A DNA stretch of 64,000 nt. Origin: the human T2T-CHM13v2.0 reference genome, Homo sapiens. Position numbers and translations under genes: made by a program. The stretch is from NCBI RefSeq assembly GCF_009914755.1, contig NC_060943.1; one strand, written 5' to 3'. Under the pieces are notes generated by a model. The model saw only the letters and a list, made by a program, of their open reading frames with translations, was not told where the DNA came from and ran no database searches. Position 1 is the stretch's first letter, and every line of letters starts with the position of its first letter. Shown one piece after another: positions 1 to 20,049 of the stretch.

Positions 1-13
1 GAGGCAGGAGAGA

Positions 14-261
14 GTTTTATTTTTTAGAAACAGTTTCGCTTTGTTGCACAGGCTGGAGTGCAGTGGTACAATCACGGCTCACTGCATCCTCGACCTCCCC
101 AACTCTAGTGATCCTCCCATCTTAGCCTCCTGAGTAGCTGAGATTGCAGGCATGTGCCACCACACTGGCTAACTTTTTTTTAACTTTTATTTTTTGTAGA
201 GATGAGGTGTCGCTATGTTGCCCTGGCTAGTCTTGAACTCCAATCCTTCCACCTCGGCCTT
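14..261 (-). mobile_element. Alu (old, AluJ-like, partly deleted)
   Basis: Antisense Alu motifs (caggctggagtgcagtgg...gtagagatg...ccacctcggcct). Confidence 0.85.
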
Positions 262-724
262 AAATAATTTTAATAGTTGACATGCACATGGCATTTACTA
301 TTGGCCGGCATTATTTTAAGGTGCCTGCTCTGAAGGAATTCTGTTAGCCTTCCTAAATTATTCCCTTGGCCATTGGAAACATAGGCATGAGATCATTTTT
401 AGATAATTGGAAAAGCAGAGAAATCTGTGAAGATAGAATGGGAAAAAAAATGCATTTCACTAAACCAACATGCCATTGATTGTGAGATTCCACATTACTT
501 TATGTAGCCCCACGGCTGCCCTTAAACCATGACACATGCTTTATTTACAGTTCATATTTTACTTATTCGTAGACCTCAAGAGGCATTCTGTGCTTCCCTC
601 TTCCTTCTGGAAGCTTCATGAGAAGGGACATTTTCCTCAAAGGATGGACAACAGAAACAACTCAAATATTCATTTCCTTTAAATATGGTTTTTAAGACAA
701 TTTTCTTTAGAAAGCCACATTTAC

Positions 725-1135
725 CTGTTGGGGGTTGATTTATGCTCACCCCCCTCCCAAATATATGTTGGAATGCTAACCCCCTATTCCTCAGAATGTG
801 ACTTTATTTGGAGACAGGTTCTTTACAGAGGTAATAAAGTTAAAATGAGTAAATAGGGTGGGCCATAACCCAAAATGACAGCTGTCCTTATAAAAAGGGT
901 GCATTTGCACGCAGAGACACGCATAGAGAGAACATGATATGTAGAGGCACAGGGAGAAGGCCGCCATCTGCAAACCAGGGAGAGAGGCCTGGAGCAAATT
1001 CTTCTTCATGGCTCTTAGAAGGAACCATCCCTGCCTACACCCTGATTTCAGATTTCCAGCCTCCAGAAGCGTGAGGCGATAAATGTCTGTTGCTGCAGCC
1101 ACAGGTTGGCGGTGCTTTGCTGCAGTAGCCTTAGC
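725..1135 (+). mobile_element. MaLR LTR (MLT1-type)
   Basis: cagaatgtgactttatttggagacagg...ttccagcctccagaagcgtgag...aataaatgtctgttg typical of MLT1. Confidence 0.75.
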
Positions 1136-1309
1136 ACCTGATAGATGGTCTCTTTACATGTCAAGCACATTGCAGCGCACATTTGACACACAGGGAGATG
1201 GAAGCTCCTGGAGGATAAGTGTTTTGTCTGTGATTTTGAAGGTTGCAAGTGGAGGAACTGGGATTCGAACCCCTCTCTGTGTGATGCCTATGCCTCCTCT
1301 GTGTTAACA

Positions 1310-1460
1310 TTTATTTTTACTTATTTTTATTTTTTAGTTTTTGTAGAGATGAGGGTCTCACTATATTGCCCAGGCTGGTCTTGAACTCCTGGGCCCAAAC
1401 GATCCTCCTGCCTTGGCCTCCTGGTCTTGGGATTACAAGCATAAGCCACTGTGCCAGGCC
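1310..1460 (-). mobile_element. Alu monomer (FLAM/AluJ left arm)
   Basis: tttgtagagatgagggtctc...gccactgtgccaggcc. Confidence 0.8.
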
Positions 1461-1859
1461 TACACTTCCTCTTTAAAGCACTTTGCCTCTTTCATTTCCT
1501 AGCCTGGAGAAAATGTACTTCTGTGGTCACTAAGAAAACACCTTCACAATCAGGCAAAAATGTCCCCAGAAAATGCTGGCTTGGGCTGCTGAGGAAATGC
1601 ACAATCAAATCAGGCCACACAACGTTTCAGAGACCCTGAGGCAGGGACTCCATGTCCCAGCTATGTTTGTCACACACCAGTAGGCAGCCTCTACCCAGGG
1701 GTGGAAGATTCTAGACCCAGCTATAGGCTCTGGCAACCAGGGCAGGCAGCTCCTTCCAGGAACCGGTTTCTGTGGTTTTCTTTGGTCACTTCCATTAAGT
1801 CTTAAACACCCCCTGGAAGAAAATGAAAGTGTGACGTTGAGGAACGTGAGATCAGATGG

Positions 1860-2600
<741 letters not shown>

Positions 2601-3354
2601 AATGGGTAAAATGGGGCATTAAGCTCACATCCTGAATCTAAAACCCACAAGAGGCTGGAGTACTTTGCTTTCCCTGGTTCATGATCACCGTGCTAACTGG
2701 AGTGTGGTCACCTTGAAATTGGCTTAGAGGAAGATTTATGATATCCTCCCAAGTCAAGGGCTCAGGCTCTAAACACCGGCTTAAATAAGAGCTGAGTGAA
2801 AGTCCACAAATCTTGTTACATCAACTTCTGCTGGACTTTGTTGGACAGATGCTGAAGTCCTCTGTGGAGAAACACCTTAGCAACTTGTCAAAGTAGTTCA
2901 TTTCTAGAGATCTCATGACCAATGAGCAATTATTCCAGATTCCCTGTGGGTTGAAATATTCTGAATTTTATGCTGCATTATCATTATAACTGGGTGATCT
3001 CTGGCTTAGCATCACGTTTGTGACCTCCTGGCTTCTAAATGTTTAGTGCCCACCTGGCCTCTACCACCAAAAGATCCTATTATTCCCACCAAGCTCATGG
3101 AATCCAATTTCCTCGTGGCATTTTCTCCATCCTACAATGGACAGCAGCCACAGGGCTCTTCACCGATCCAGAAGCCTCTTCACCTTACAGTGTTGGTGAG
3201 GCAAGTCTCCCATGGGTCCTCTGGGAGTATGTTTAAGGGTACCTGGGCAGTTTGCCTGCATAGACCGATGTCTACATTCACGTTTCCTTAAGCTTCCAGA
3301 CTCCCCCCTTTACCGTGTACTAGGAAATGGCTGGGATTTTGACCTCAGGGGGGT

Positions 3355-3860
3355 TGCCAGTCCATTCCAGCTGCTATCACAAGACAGCATAAACAGGGCA
3401 GCTTATAACGAGCAGAACAGGTGATGTATTTATTTATTTAAACAGAGATGAGGTCTCCCTGTGTTGCCCATTCTGGTCGCAAACTCCTGGGCTCAAGTGG
3501 TCCTCTTTCCTCGGCATCCCAAAGCGCTGGGATTACAGGCATGAGCCACTGTGCCTGGCCTTGAAAAGAATCATTCTGAAGGCTAGAAAGCCTAAGATGA
3601 AAGTGCCAGGAGATTCGGTGTCTGGTGAGGACCCAATTCCTTGTTCGTAGATGGCACCTTCTTGCTGGCTGTGTCCTCACAGGGTGGAAGGGAGAAAAGA
3701 GCTTTCTTGGGCCTCTTAGAATTATGCTAATCCCATTCATGAGGGCTCAGCCTTCGTAACCAAATCACCTCCTCAAAACCTCACCTCCCAACACCATCAC
3801 CTTGGTGATTAACTTTCAACATAAAAGTTTTTGGGGGGTGACACACACATTCAGGCCTAC
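3355..3860 (-). mobile_element. MaLR LTR (MST/MLT1A-type) with FLAM insertion at ~3430-3560
   Basis: gctgctatcacaagacagcat...tgtctggtgaggaccca...ctaatcccattcatgaggg...ccatcaccttgg. Confidence 0.7.
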
Positions 3861-3923
3861 AGAGGTGGAGTGATCTGCAGATGACTGTTGATTCAGGCGT
3901 CACCGCTCCAACACTGGAGACTC

Positions 3924-4210
3924 TTTTTTTTTTTTTTTTTTTTTGAGACAGATTCTCGCTGTCTGGAGTACAGTGGCACGATCTCAGCTCACTGCAACCT
4001 CCACCTCAAGCAGTTCTCCTGCCTCAGCCTCCTGCGTAGCTGGGACTACAGGTGTGTGCTACCGCGCCCGGCTAATTTTTGTATTTTTAGTAGAGACAGG
4101 GTTTCGCCCTGTTGGCCAGGCTGGTCTCAAACTCTTGACCTCAGGTGATCCACCCTGCTCAGCCTCCCAAAGTGCTGGGATTACAGGCCTGAGCCACTGC
4201 GTCCGGCCCT
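3924..4210 (-). mobile_element. AluS
   Basis: Poly-T followed by antisense Alu dimer. Confidence 0.95.
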
Positions 4211-4884
4211 GGTCCCTTGATCTAGGATTTCAGCCTCCAGAACTGGGAGAGAATAAGTTTCTGTTGTTTAGGTGACCGAGTCTGTGGCACTTTGTTATGG
4301 CAGCCCAAGCTCTCTGATATAGAGGCTAAGCAACTGCCATGCTTCATTTACTTAATCAGCTGTGGGTCGGCACTGTGGGTTGGGTTTAGTCAACTAGTTC
4401 TTCTGTCTTGGCTGGGCCCACTCGTTCATCTGTGCTGAGCTGGGTTGAGCGGCGGCTGGCCCATCTGTAGCCTCTCATCCTCTGCCAGGACAGCCTAGGG
4501 TCATTTCCATGGCAGCCTGGCAGGGTTCCGAGAGAGTTAGTAGGAACCGTCAAGCCCGTTGAGCACAAGGCTCTGTACTGACAGCTTTGCACTTCCACTG
4601 CAAGCTACTGGCCAAAGCAAACCACAGGTGCAGCCCAGATTTGAGGGATGGGAAAATGGCCACAGGACAAACGGCATGGGTTCAAGGAGGGGTGGAATAC
4701 TAGGATGAGTTTTGCAATCTGTCATGTGCACATACACACATGTGGTGAGTTGGATACAGCCTGGTGTGTGTAATTACAAACACCCCTCTAATAAAAATGT
4801 GCAAAGATCTTTCAATTACTCAAGTGATGTTATTTCCAAACCTTTCCTATCAGACTCAACCCCCTTTAGATACGATTATTCTCA

Positions 4885-5214
<330 letters not shown>

Positions 5215-5256
5215 CTATGACTTGAATTTCTCTATTTATTGGTAAAAGAAAAATTC

Positions 5257-5620
<364 letters not shown>

Positions 5621-5752
5621 TTATATAGCTGATACTCAATTGAAGAACATGTATGTGATTTTCAGATTCTTGCTGTGATAAATGATGTTTCTGTGAACAT
5701 GGTTTTTACCAGTTTTTAAAAATGGGTGATATAATAAATAGAATGTGAAGCT

Positions 5753-6053
5753 GTATCAGTCAGGGTTCAGAAACAGAATCAATAGGAGATACTATGTACC
5801 TATCCACATATATATTATAGATGTATATATTAATAGACACAAATTGATCACGTGAGCCAATTCCTTAAAATCTTTCTCTTATCTCTCTCTGTGTTGTCTA
5901 TATGTATACATATATAATAGAGATTCTGGTGGAAGGCTCTGAGATCAAGGGGGAAGGGAGGCAGGCCATGAAAAAGTCACTCCAAGACAGATTGGGGTCC
6001 TCAGCTCTGCAGACCCAGGAAATTCAGATATATGTGTGTATATATACCTGTCC

Positions 6054-6110
<57 letters not shown>

Positions 6111-6525
6111 CATCTGTCTATCTATCTGCCTGCCTGCCTGCCTGCCTGCCTGTCTGTCTGTCTGTCTGTCTATCATCTAATGTATGCAGAGGTTGAGATT
6201 TATTTTAAGGAATTGTCTCACACAGTTGTGGGAGTTGGTTTGTAGGGCCAGCCAGCAGGTGGGAAACTCAAGCAGACATTGATGCTGAAATCTTGAGGCA
6301 GGATTTCCTCTTCTCTGGGAAACCCTGAGTTTTACTCAGAAGGCCTTCAACTGATTGGATGAAGTCCACTTACATTACCGAGGGCAACCTTTTCTTAAAA
6401 AAAACTGGTTGTAGATGATAACCACATCTACAAAATAACCTTCACAGCCATGCCTGGATTAGCATGTGATTGGATTACCAGGCACTGGACCCCAACCAGG
6501 TTGGCCCATAAAACTCACCGTTAGC
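5753..6525 (-). mobile_element. MLT2-type ERVL LTR interrupted by simple repeats
   Basis: tgtatcagtcagggttcagaaacagaatcaatagg...gagatttattttaaggaattg...ccttcaactgattggatgaag. Confidence 0.6.
6055..6175. repeat. Compound tetranucleotide STR (TCTA)n(TGCC)n(TGTC)n
   Basis: Seen directly. Confidence 0.95.
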
Positions 6526-6618
6526 AGGAGTGTTGTGGGGAGTGGGCAGGAAGGGGTATGTAGAAAGAAATGACTGAGGAAGACTGATGAGATAAATATT
6601 GGTTCTAAGTACAATTAG

Positions 6619-7014
<396 letters not shown>

Positions 7015-7306
7015 CACTGCTTTCCATTTTTAAGGTCTTTATCTAGAATTAGAATTGCTGGATCACATGACAATTTTATTTTTAATTTTTTTTGGAAACC
7101 TTCAGACCATTTTCCAGAATGACTGCATCATACCACATTCCCATCAGCAGTGCAGAAGGGTTCCAATTTCTCCAAATCCTGCCAATATTTCTTACATTGT
7201 GTTTTATGGATAGTAGCCATGTTAATGAAAGTGAGGTGGTTTCTTATTGCAAAGATGATGATCTTTTAAATTTTTTCAGTCGTAATTGCTTAATAATAGA
7301 ATGTGT

Positions 7307-7603
7307 GGCTGGACACGGTGGCTCATGTCTGTAATCCCAGCACTTTGGGAGGCCCAGGCGGGCATATCATGAGGTCAGGAGATCGAGACCATCCTGGCTA
7401 GCACGGTGAAACCCCGTCTCTACTAAAAATACAAAACAAAGAAAAAAAAATTAGCCAGGCGTGGTGGCAGGCGCCTGTAGTCCCAGCTACTTGGGAGGCT
7501 GAGGCAGGAGAATGGTGTAACCCGGGAGGTTGAGCTTGCAGTGAGCCGAGATCGTGCCACTGTACTTCCAGCCTGGAGGACAGAGCGAGACTCTGTCTCA
7601 AAA

Positions 7604-7639
<36 letters not shown>

Positions 7640-7645
7640 AATAAT
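7307..7645 (+). mobile_element. AluY with (TAAA)n tail
   Basis: Full dimer; aataatagaatgtgtg flanks both sides. Confidence 0.95.
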
Positions 7646-7649
7646 AATA

Positions 7650-8110
7650 GAATGTGTGTGCCTGCTGGGCATTCTATACCTTCTCAAATATTGGCATCAG
7701 ACTGGACTATGCCACCCGCACTTCCTCATCCTTGTTGATTTTCGTGGGTTTGATTCACAGCAAACACTGCCAACCCAGCATCACAAAGCATGATGTTATC
7801 AAAGGAAGTGTAGAGAGATCTTAGGCTGAAACTGTGGAACCCTGGAGGTGGAGGTTCATGTGTGTCAGATGTCTAATACTGCTACGCGTCCCTAAAATTG
7901 AAAGAATCAGGGTACCTGGGCTGACAGTTGCAGCTGTGGGGATAGAGAGGCAGAAAAGCAGGAGGTGTTCATTGGAGGGGGAGAGAACGGAAGAGCTCCC
8001 CTGGTCGCCTAGCAACGCGGAGACGCCCCACAGGGGACTCTGGTGAGAACAGGCAGTGGCAGAGGGACTATTCTGCCTCAGCCAAATGTAGCTGCAGAGA
8101 CTCAGGAAAG
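7650..8110 (+). promoter_or_regulatory. Module B copy 1, RFX X-box-like GTCGCCTAGCAAC at 8004-8016
   Basis: Homologous to modules at 18.4k, 25.7k, 38.7k, 46.7k, 53.8k; motif resembles the 13-bp X-box. Confidence 0.5.
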
Positions 8111-8221
8111 TAATGTAGATGTAGAAATTAGAAATTAATTAATTTCTTTAATTAATAACCCTCAGTTGTATATTGAGACGGTCTCCACTGATTTTTTCAT
8201 GTCTACCGTTTGCATAGTTTT

Positions 8222-9304
<1,083 letters not shown>

Positions 9305-9305
<1 letters not shown>

Positions 9306-9580
9306 TTAGGTTAAGTTTTTAGATATCAGCTGGCTGGGTGGAAGGAATGTGCATACTCGGTGCTTTTCATACACGGTGTCAAATTCCCATGAAGCTATCC
9401 AGTTGTTCCGTGGCTCTAAATTCTCATGGGAAATGTAACCCAGATCTGTCTCGCTGTTATCAATTTTTCACGCTGCCTACCATAATTAACCCAGTGAAGA
9501 ATTTCAGTGAAAGGTAGATTGAGCTATTTGTACCCAGCCTTCCAGAGAATTCCCTTTATATAGGATAAGTTTAAATTCTT
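9305..9580 (+). promoter_or_regulatory. Module F copy 1, ZNF143/THAP11-like motif TTCTCATGGGAAATGTAACC (9421-9440)
   Basis: Motif conserved at 43344, 47552 and 58736; reverse complement resembles ACTACAnnTCCCA. Confidence 0.45.
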
Positions 9581-9884
9581 TTTGGGGGGCCGGCGGGGGT
9601 GGGGGTGGTGGTGTCTGGAAAGGAGGATCATAGGATAAGTTTAACATTCTTAGATGAGAAAGTCAAATGTAGATTCCTGAGTTCACAAACCCCAGCCCCA
9701 ACATTCATGATGTGGGTGATCCTGGGGAAGACATCTGTCCTTCTGAGCCCACCTCCTTCACTTAGAAATGGGCACTGGGGGTGGGGAAGGATTGGACCTG
9801 GTGCCCCCCAAGACATTGTAAGAATCAAGAAATAGTAGCTAGGTGGGGGTTTTTGGGCATTTCTACCATAAATATGAAATATAA

Positions 9885-10235
<351 letters not shown>

Positions 10236-10391
10236 CGAGAATCATCTTCTTTGTGAATTTTTCCCCAACCACTGTATCGATAATCGTTAAAACAAATTCC
10301 TCCTCAATGCTGTCATAAGAGGTATGCTGGTTCTCTTGTTCCCCATCCCTCATGGGGATATAACTGACTGTTTACCTGTTTCCCCCACCAG

Positions 10392-10462
10392 GTCATGAAC
10401 TCTGAGAGTTTGAGATGAGCCTCTAAAAGCTGTATCAATAGCACCTTGCACTGTTGAAGCAG
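10392..10462 (+). ncRNA. Candidate non-coding exon C, copy 1 (71 nt)
   Basis: Branch-like CTGAC, pyrimidine tract, ccaccAG acceptor and CAG|GTAAGT donor; splice sites conserved in three other copies. Confidence 0.55.
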
Positions 10463-10494
10463 GTAAGTGTTTTCCTTGTTACTTCTTAAGTTCA

Positions 10495-11315
<821 letters not shown>

Positions 11316-11317
11316 TT

Positions 11318-13096
<1,779 letters not shown>

Positions 13097-13589
13097 GAAA
13101 ATAATATGGAGATGACAGTGTCTTGTACAACTGTGTGATGGCTTGTCTCCCCATGTCTGTGTGATTGTGTGTCCTTGAGTGTGTTGGATGGAGTGTCCTT
13201 CTGTGTGTGTGTGTCTGTGTTTCTCTCTGACTCTGTGCGGTTGAGGGCATGTGGTCTCTCACGTATGATTGGATGTGACTGCGGATCTCCATGTGTGATT
13301 ATGAGTCACGCTTCACCGGAAAGTTTCTATCTCAGCCTGGATGAGCCACAGGAATGTGTGTGTTCAGGTTTGCTGTGTGTCTGTGTCTGTTTGACCTGGG
13401 CTGTTGTGTGTGCATCTTAGTCTGCTGTGTTACATCATGTGCCGTTGTGTGTGACTCTCTCTAGGACAGCCCGAGTGTGACTGTGATCATAGAGGGGATG
13501 AAGCCCCCTGTGTGTGGGTTTGTGACTGTGAGTGTGTGCTCCAGTTAGGAGGGTTTTGAGCGCTCATGTGAGTGTGTGGGAAGATTGTG

Positions 13590-14010
13590 GATTAATTTGC
13601 TATGGCTGCTGTAACAAAACACCACAGACTGGGTGGCCTGGGTAGACTGGGTGGCTTAACCTAATACTAATAGAAGCTTATTTTCTCCCTGTCCTGGAGC
13701 CTGGAGCCCAAGATCAAGGTGTCGAAGGAGCCTGTGTTCAGGAGGCCTCTCTCCTTGGCTTCTTGGCGGCCGTATTCTCTCGGCGTCCACACTAGGTCTT
13801 TTTTTTTGTATGCATCCCTGGTGTCACTGTGTGTGTCTAACTCCCTCCTCTATAAGGATGCCAGTCAAATGGGAGTAGGGCCAGTCCAAAAGCCTCATTT
13901 AATCCCCTCTTAAAGGCCTTGACCCCAGATAGTCACATCCTGAGGTTCTGGAGTTTAGGGAATCACCAAATAAGTTTTCAGGAGAAAGCAGTGAGCCCAT
14001 AACAGTGTGT
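13590..14010 (-). mobile_element. MLT1-type LTR (also ~20315-20690)
   Basis: gctgctgtaacaaaacaccacagactgggtggc...cccaagatcaaggtgtc...agtcacatcctgagg. Confidence 0.7.
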
Positions 14011-14109
14011 TTGTGTGTGGATGTGTGGTCATGGGAGATGCTGTGAAGGTTGCCATTGTGTCCACATGACTGTGCGTGAAACAGTGATTCATGCAATTAT
14101 GAAACCCAT

Positions 14110-14583
14110 GTTGTGTGAGTTCCACAAGACCAAGGCACCTTTTATCCACTAAATGTGCACATGTCTGTGTGTGTGTGTGAGTCCCACAAAACTCAGGCAT
14201 CTTTCATCCACTACCTGTGCATGTGTGTGTGTGTGTGTGTGTGTGTGTCCCACAAGACCCAGACACCTTTCATCCACTACATGTGCATGTGTGTGTGTGT
14301 GAGTCCCACAAGACCCAGGCACCTTTCATCCACTAAATGTGCATGTGTGTGTGTGTGTATGTGTGAGTCCCACAAAACTCAGGCACCTTTCATCCACTAA
14401 ATGTGCGTGTGTGTGTGTGTGTGTGTGAGTCCCACAAAACCCAGATACCTTTCATCCACTAAATGTGTATGTGTGTGTGTTTGTGTGTGTGTGTATGAGT
14501 TCCACAAGACCCAGGCACCTTTCATCCACTAAATGTGCATGTGTGTGTGTGTGTATGAGTTCCACAAGACCCAGACACCTTTC

Positions 14584-14622
<39 letters not shown>
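14110..14622. repeat. Minisatellite, ~8 copies of a ~60-bp unit with variable (GT)n spacer
   Basis: gagtcccacaagacccaggcacctttcatccactaaatgtgcat(gt)n repeated. Confidence 0.95.
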
Positions 14623-14624
<2 letters not shown>

Positions 14625-14639
14625 TTGAAGGAGATACTA

Positions 14640-15170
14640 TTTGTGGATAAATAAATTGAAACCTCAGGCCACTTTCCTGTCTTATATCAACCTTATTAGA
14701 ATCCTGCCCACCCCAAATGCGCAATTCCATAGGTAGAGCAAGATAGGTCCTAGGATCCATCTGGGAAGTGCCCAGGATGCCCTTCCTAGGATGCTTGGAG
14801 ACAGGATTGGAGCAGGTGATGGAAGCATGGGCTCAGGGCCAGGCAGTCTGGAGACCTCTCCTCTCTGAGCCCAGTGTTGCCTGTAAAATGCAGACACTCC
14901 TAGGACCTCACTCACAGCCAGGGGTGCGGGAGATGGCCGTGCATATTGTACTGTGCACTTCGGCTCCTGTTCAAAAGGATACGTGGGATGTGAAACCCAG
15001 CCTGCGCTCTCTCCACAGCTGTGTCCATGCCAGGGCCAGAATTCCCACTGGAGTATGACATTGGTCCATCCAAAGTCCCAGAGCCTACCATGGCCATGTG
15101 CACCGTTGTCACTTGGGGAAAAAATCTTCTTAAACAGATAAACAAACATGTGCAAATGCATATATTTTAG
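14640..15170 (+). repeat. Module A copy 1 (MIR-derived core plus flanks)
   Basis: ctctgagcccagtg...ctgtaaaatg resembles MIR core; recurs five times. Confidence 0.85.
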
Positions 15171-15452
15171 AGTATCATCTTGTTTTTAAGCCTGGGCAAC
15201 ATGGTGAGACCCCTTCTCTACAAAAAACAATTAGCTCGGCGTGGTGGTACAAGCCTGTATTCCCAACTACTCGGGGACTGAGGTGGGAGGATCGCTTGAG
15301 CCTGGGAGGTCGAGGCTGCAGTGAGCTGAGGTCGTGCCACTGAACAGAGTGAGACCCTGTGTAAAAAGAAGAAACAGGACAAAACAAAAACCAAAAACCA
15401 AATCTTAACTTTTGTCCGCTAATTTGAAGGAACGCGTATGAAATCACGTTGC

Positions 15453-15468
15453 TGTCACTAGATGGCAC
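15453..15468 (+). promoter_or_regulatory. CTCF-like motif TGTCACTAGATGGCAC
   Basis: Matches core CCACYAGRKGGCR; CTAGATGGCA invariant in four cassette copies. Confidence 0.6.
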
Positions 15469-15672
15469 TTTTGCACCATGAAAAAAATAGGCTCTAATTA
15501 TTATTATTTTTTTTACTTTTCAATTTTCAATTGTGGCAAAATACATATTACACAGAATTTACCATCTTAAGCATTTTGTGACTAATATGTGAAAGATATA
15601 TTACTAATATCATAAGCCTGTGATATATGCCTTTTTTATTTTTTTAAACTATGGTATTTATCATTTTAAATA

Positions 15673-16302
<630 letters not shown>

Positions 16303-17047
16303 ATGACTGTATTTTGAGTGTGCATCACTATTAAGTACATTCACTTGTTCTGCCACAATCTGCACCATTCCTCTTCAGAGCACCTTTCATCTTGGAAAAC
16401 AAGAACTCTGTGCCTATTAAGCAATAACTCTCCATTTCTCCTCCTTCCAGCCTCTGGAAACCACCCTTTTTATTTTTCATTCAGGAATTCTGACTCTTCT
16501 AAGTACCTTGTATACCTGGAATCATACAGTATTTTGTCCGGTTGTGATGGGCTTATTTCAATGAACATTGTTCCTCAAAGTTCATCCAAGTCATAGCATG
16601 GGTCAGAATTTCCTTTCTTTTTAGGCCCGAATAATATGCCATTGTCTGTATAGACCCCATCTTGCTTATCCATTCACCAATCGATGGAGACTTGAGTTGC
16701 TTCCACTTTGACTATTATGAATAATGCTGCCATGCACGCGGTTGCACAAACGTCTCTTTGATTCTCTGCTTTCAAAACTTGTGAGTAAGATTCAGAGGTA
16801 AATTGCTGGTTCATGGGTAATTTTATTTCTGTTTTTTCAGAACAGTCGGATGGTTTCCCACCACAGCTGCATCACATCACGATCGCACCAACGGTGCAGG
16901 TGTTTCAGCCTCTCCAAATCCTGTCAGTGTTGTTATATTCTGTTTAACGGATAGTGACCATGGAAACGGCAATGAGTTAGTTCCTTATTTCTTTGCCAGG
17001 GAAAATATTGCTTTCATTTTTAATACTTATTACTTAATCATGGTATA

Positions 17048-17693
<646 letters not shown>

Positions 17694-18352
17694 TTAGATA
17701 ACTAAAAATAGAGTTAGAAGAGACAGGATAAGGAAAGAGAAGAAGTAGAGTTTAATTAGGCCTTTTTGGGCGGATATGAAAGTGGAGGCTGAAGTTTGGA
17801 TTTGGACAATGTTTTTTGGTATTGATTTCTCTAGTCAGATTAGTCTAATAGAAGAGACACTAAACATTGACTTGTGTCTAGATTTGTGTGCGGGGTTGTA
17901 TGGTGTACTGTGATTGGATAAAAACCTAGTATAGGCCGGGTGTGGTGGCTCATGCCTGTAATCCCAGCACTTTGGGAGGCCGAGGAGGGTGGATCACCTG
18001 AGGTCAGGAGTTTGAGAATCAGCCTGACTAACATGGAGAAACCCCATTTATACTAAAAATACAAAAATTAGCTGCGCGTGGTGGTGCACGCCTATAATCC
18101 CAGCTACTTGGGGAGGCTGAGGCAGGAGAATCGCATGAACCCAGGAGGTGGAGGTTGCCGTGAGCCAAGATTGCGCCACTGCACTCCAGCCTCGGTGACA
18201 GAGCGAGACTCTGTCTCAAAAACAACAAACAAACAAACAAACAACAACAACAACAACAAAAACCTAATATATTTGAGAACTTGAATGTTTGTGATGGGTA
18301 TTCAAGTTTAAAGTCATTGGTTATGAGATTAAGATCTGTTGCTACCGAGAAG
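17694..18352 (-). pseudogene. MT-ND5: NUMT: MT-ND5 C-terminal part, interrupted by an Alu (17933-18260)
   Basis: Minus strand reads ...FKFSNILGF[Alu]YPITVH...SLLLD..WLEK..PK...QKGLIKLYFFSF...TAA, matching the ND5 C-terminus. Confidence 0.9.
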
Positions 18353-18830
18353 CCCGTTGGGAATTGCACAGCTTCTCAAACCTTGGACCCAGATTGGCCC
18401 ATGCCACCCTCACTCCTCATCCATGTTGATTTCAGTTGGTTATTGCTGTTCTTCACGGTGACCACTGACACTCCAGCACCACAAAGATGTCAGCAAAGGA
18501 AATGTAGAAGGATCTAAGGTGGAGACTGTGAACCCCTGGAGCCTTTAGTTCATGTGGTGTCAGGAGATATTGAATATTGCCGTTCTTCCCTTAAATTTCA
18601 AGCATAGAGGTAACTCTGCAGACACTTGCAGCTGTGAGGATGGAGCAGAAGGAATGCTGTACGTGTTCATTGGAGGGGGAGAGAATGGAGGCGCTAATCT
18701 GGTTGCCAGGCAATGCTCAGTGTCCTTGGAGATGACTCATGGTGGAATTAGAATGAGAACACGCAGTGGGGGAGGGACTCTTCTGAACCAGCAAAATGCA
18801 GCTGTAGAGACTAATAAACTGTATGGAAGT
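18353..18830 (+). promoter_or_regulatory. Module B copy 2, X-box-like GTTGCCAGGCAAT (18702-18714) and AP-1-like TGACTCA (18733-18739)
   Basis: Homology to other B copies; motif match by eye. Confidence 0.5.
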
Positions 18831-19042
18831 CCCACAGTCTTCCAAATGGATAATCTGTCATTTGTATATTCAGATAATCTCCATTTATATTTTCAGGTCT
18901 CTTATTTGTATATCTCCCAGGCCACTAGTTCTCAAAATATTGTTCAAAACCTCATGGCAGAATCAAGATCCTTTCAAAAGGCACACAATTCCAAACTATT
19001 TTCCTAGGAACATTAAGATTTTATTTGCCTTTTCTCTTCTTA

Positions 19043-19422
<380 letters not shown>

Positions 19423-19429
19423 GAATCCC

Positions 19430-19700
19430 ACAGCCCCACCATTGACGATGACCTGTCCATGGTGTTGAAGGACCCATTGGATCTATGAACTCTTACACAG
19501 GTAAGGGAGGTAGTTGATGCCTACTGACTTATGCAATGGCGACTTCAAAGTATATTTCTAAAATAAATTGAAACCAAGATTCCTTGTTTGATAACCAAGA
19601 AAAGAAGACCCCAATTGGGTCGTGTTCTGCCCACATCTTCACATAAAGACTGATTATGCATTTATCTCATCACTCAGCATTAGGGTAGTAAGTGCCATGT
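19430..19700 (+). repeat. Module D copy (stem-loop 19437-19464; CAG|GTAAGG at 19498-19506)
   Basis: Homologous to 32385, 44690, 48192, 59420. Confidence 0.8.
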
Positions 19701-20012
19701 GTTAGCCTCCTCCTGTTGGGATCTGAGGGCCACAAATTATCTTTTCAGTGACAGCTGTTTTCTGATTGATTGACATCACCTTACTTCATATTTTCTATGA
19801 AGGATCCATCTTTTACGTCAATGTGGAGGTGAAAGTTTCCTGAGCGACGGTTTGATAGCCCATCTCCCTATGTCTCTGTGATTGTGTGTCCTTGACTGTG
19901 TTAACTGTGTGTCCCTCTGTGAGTGTGCGTTACCTTGTTTGTGGTTGTATTTCTCTATGATTCTGTGTGGTTGAGAATGTCTTGTCTTGAATGGATGATT
20001 GGATATAACTAT

Positions 20013-20049
<37 letters not shown>

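Noticed and set aside
1250-1280. tRNA-like B-box (gggattcgaacc)
   Set aside because: No cloverleaf; consistent with a MIR remnant
9670-9750. ATGATG...CTGA segment resembling a C/D box RNA
   Set aside because: Box C is not conserved in paralogues (28215, 43530, 58920) and the segment matches a MIR core
14110-14622. Repeat-spacer pattern resembling CRISPR
   Set aside because: Spacers are only (GT)n of varying length; eukaryotic minisatellite
18552-19007. 151-aa ORF over module B
   Set aside because: Frame and length are not preserved in the other B copies, and the ORF runs into a Charlie1 element
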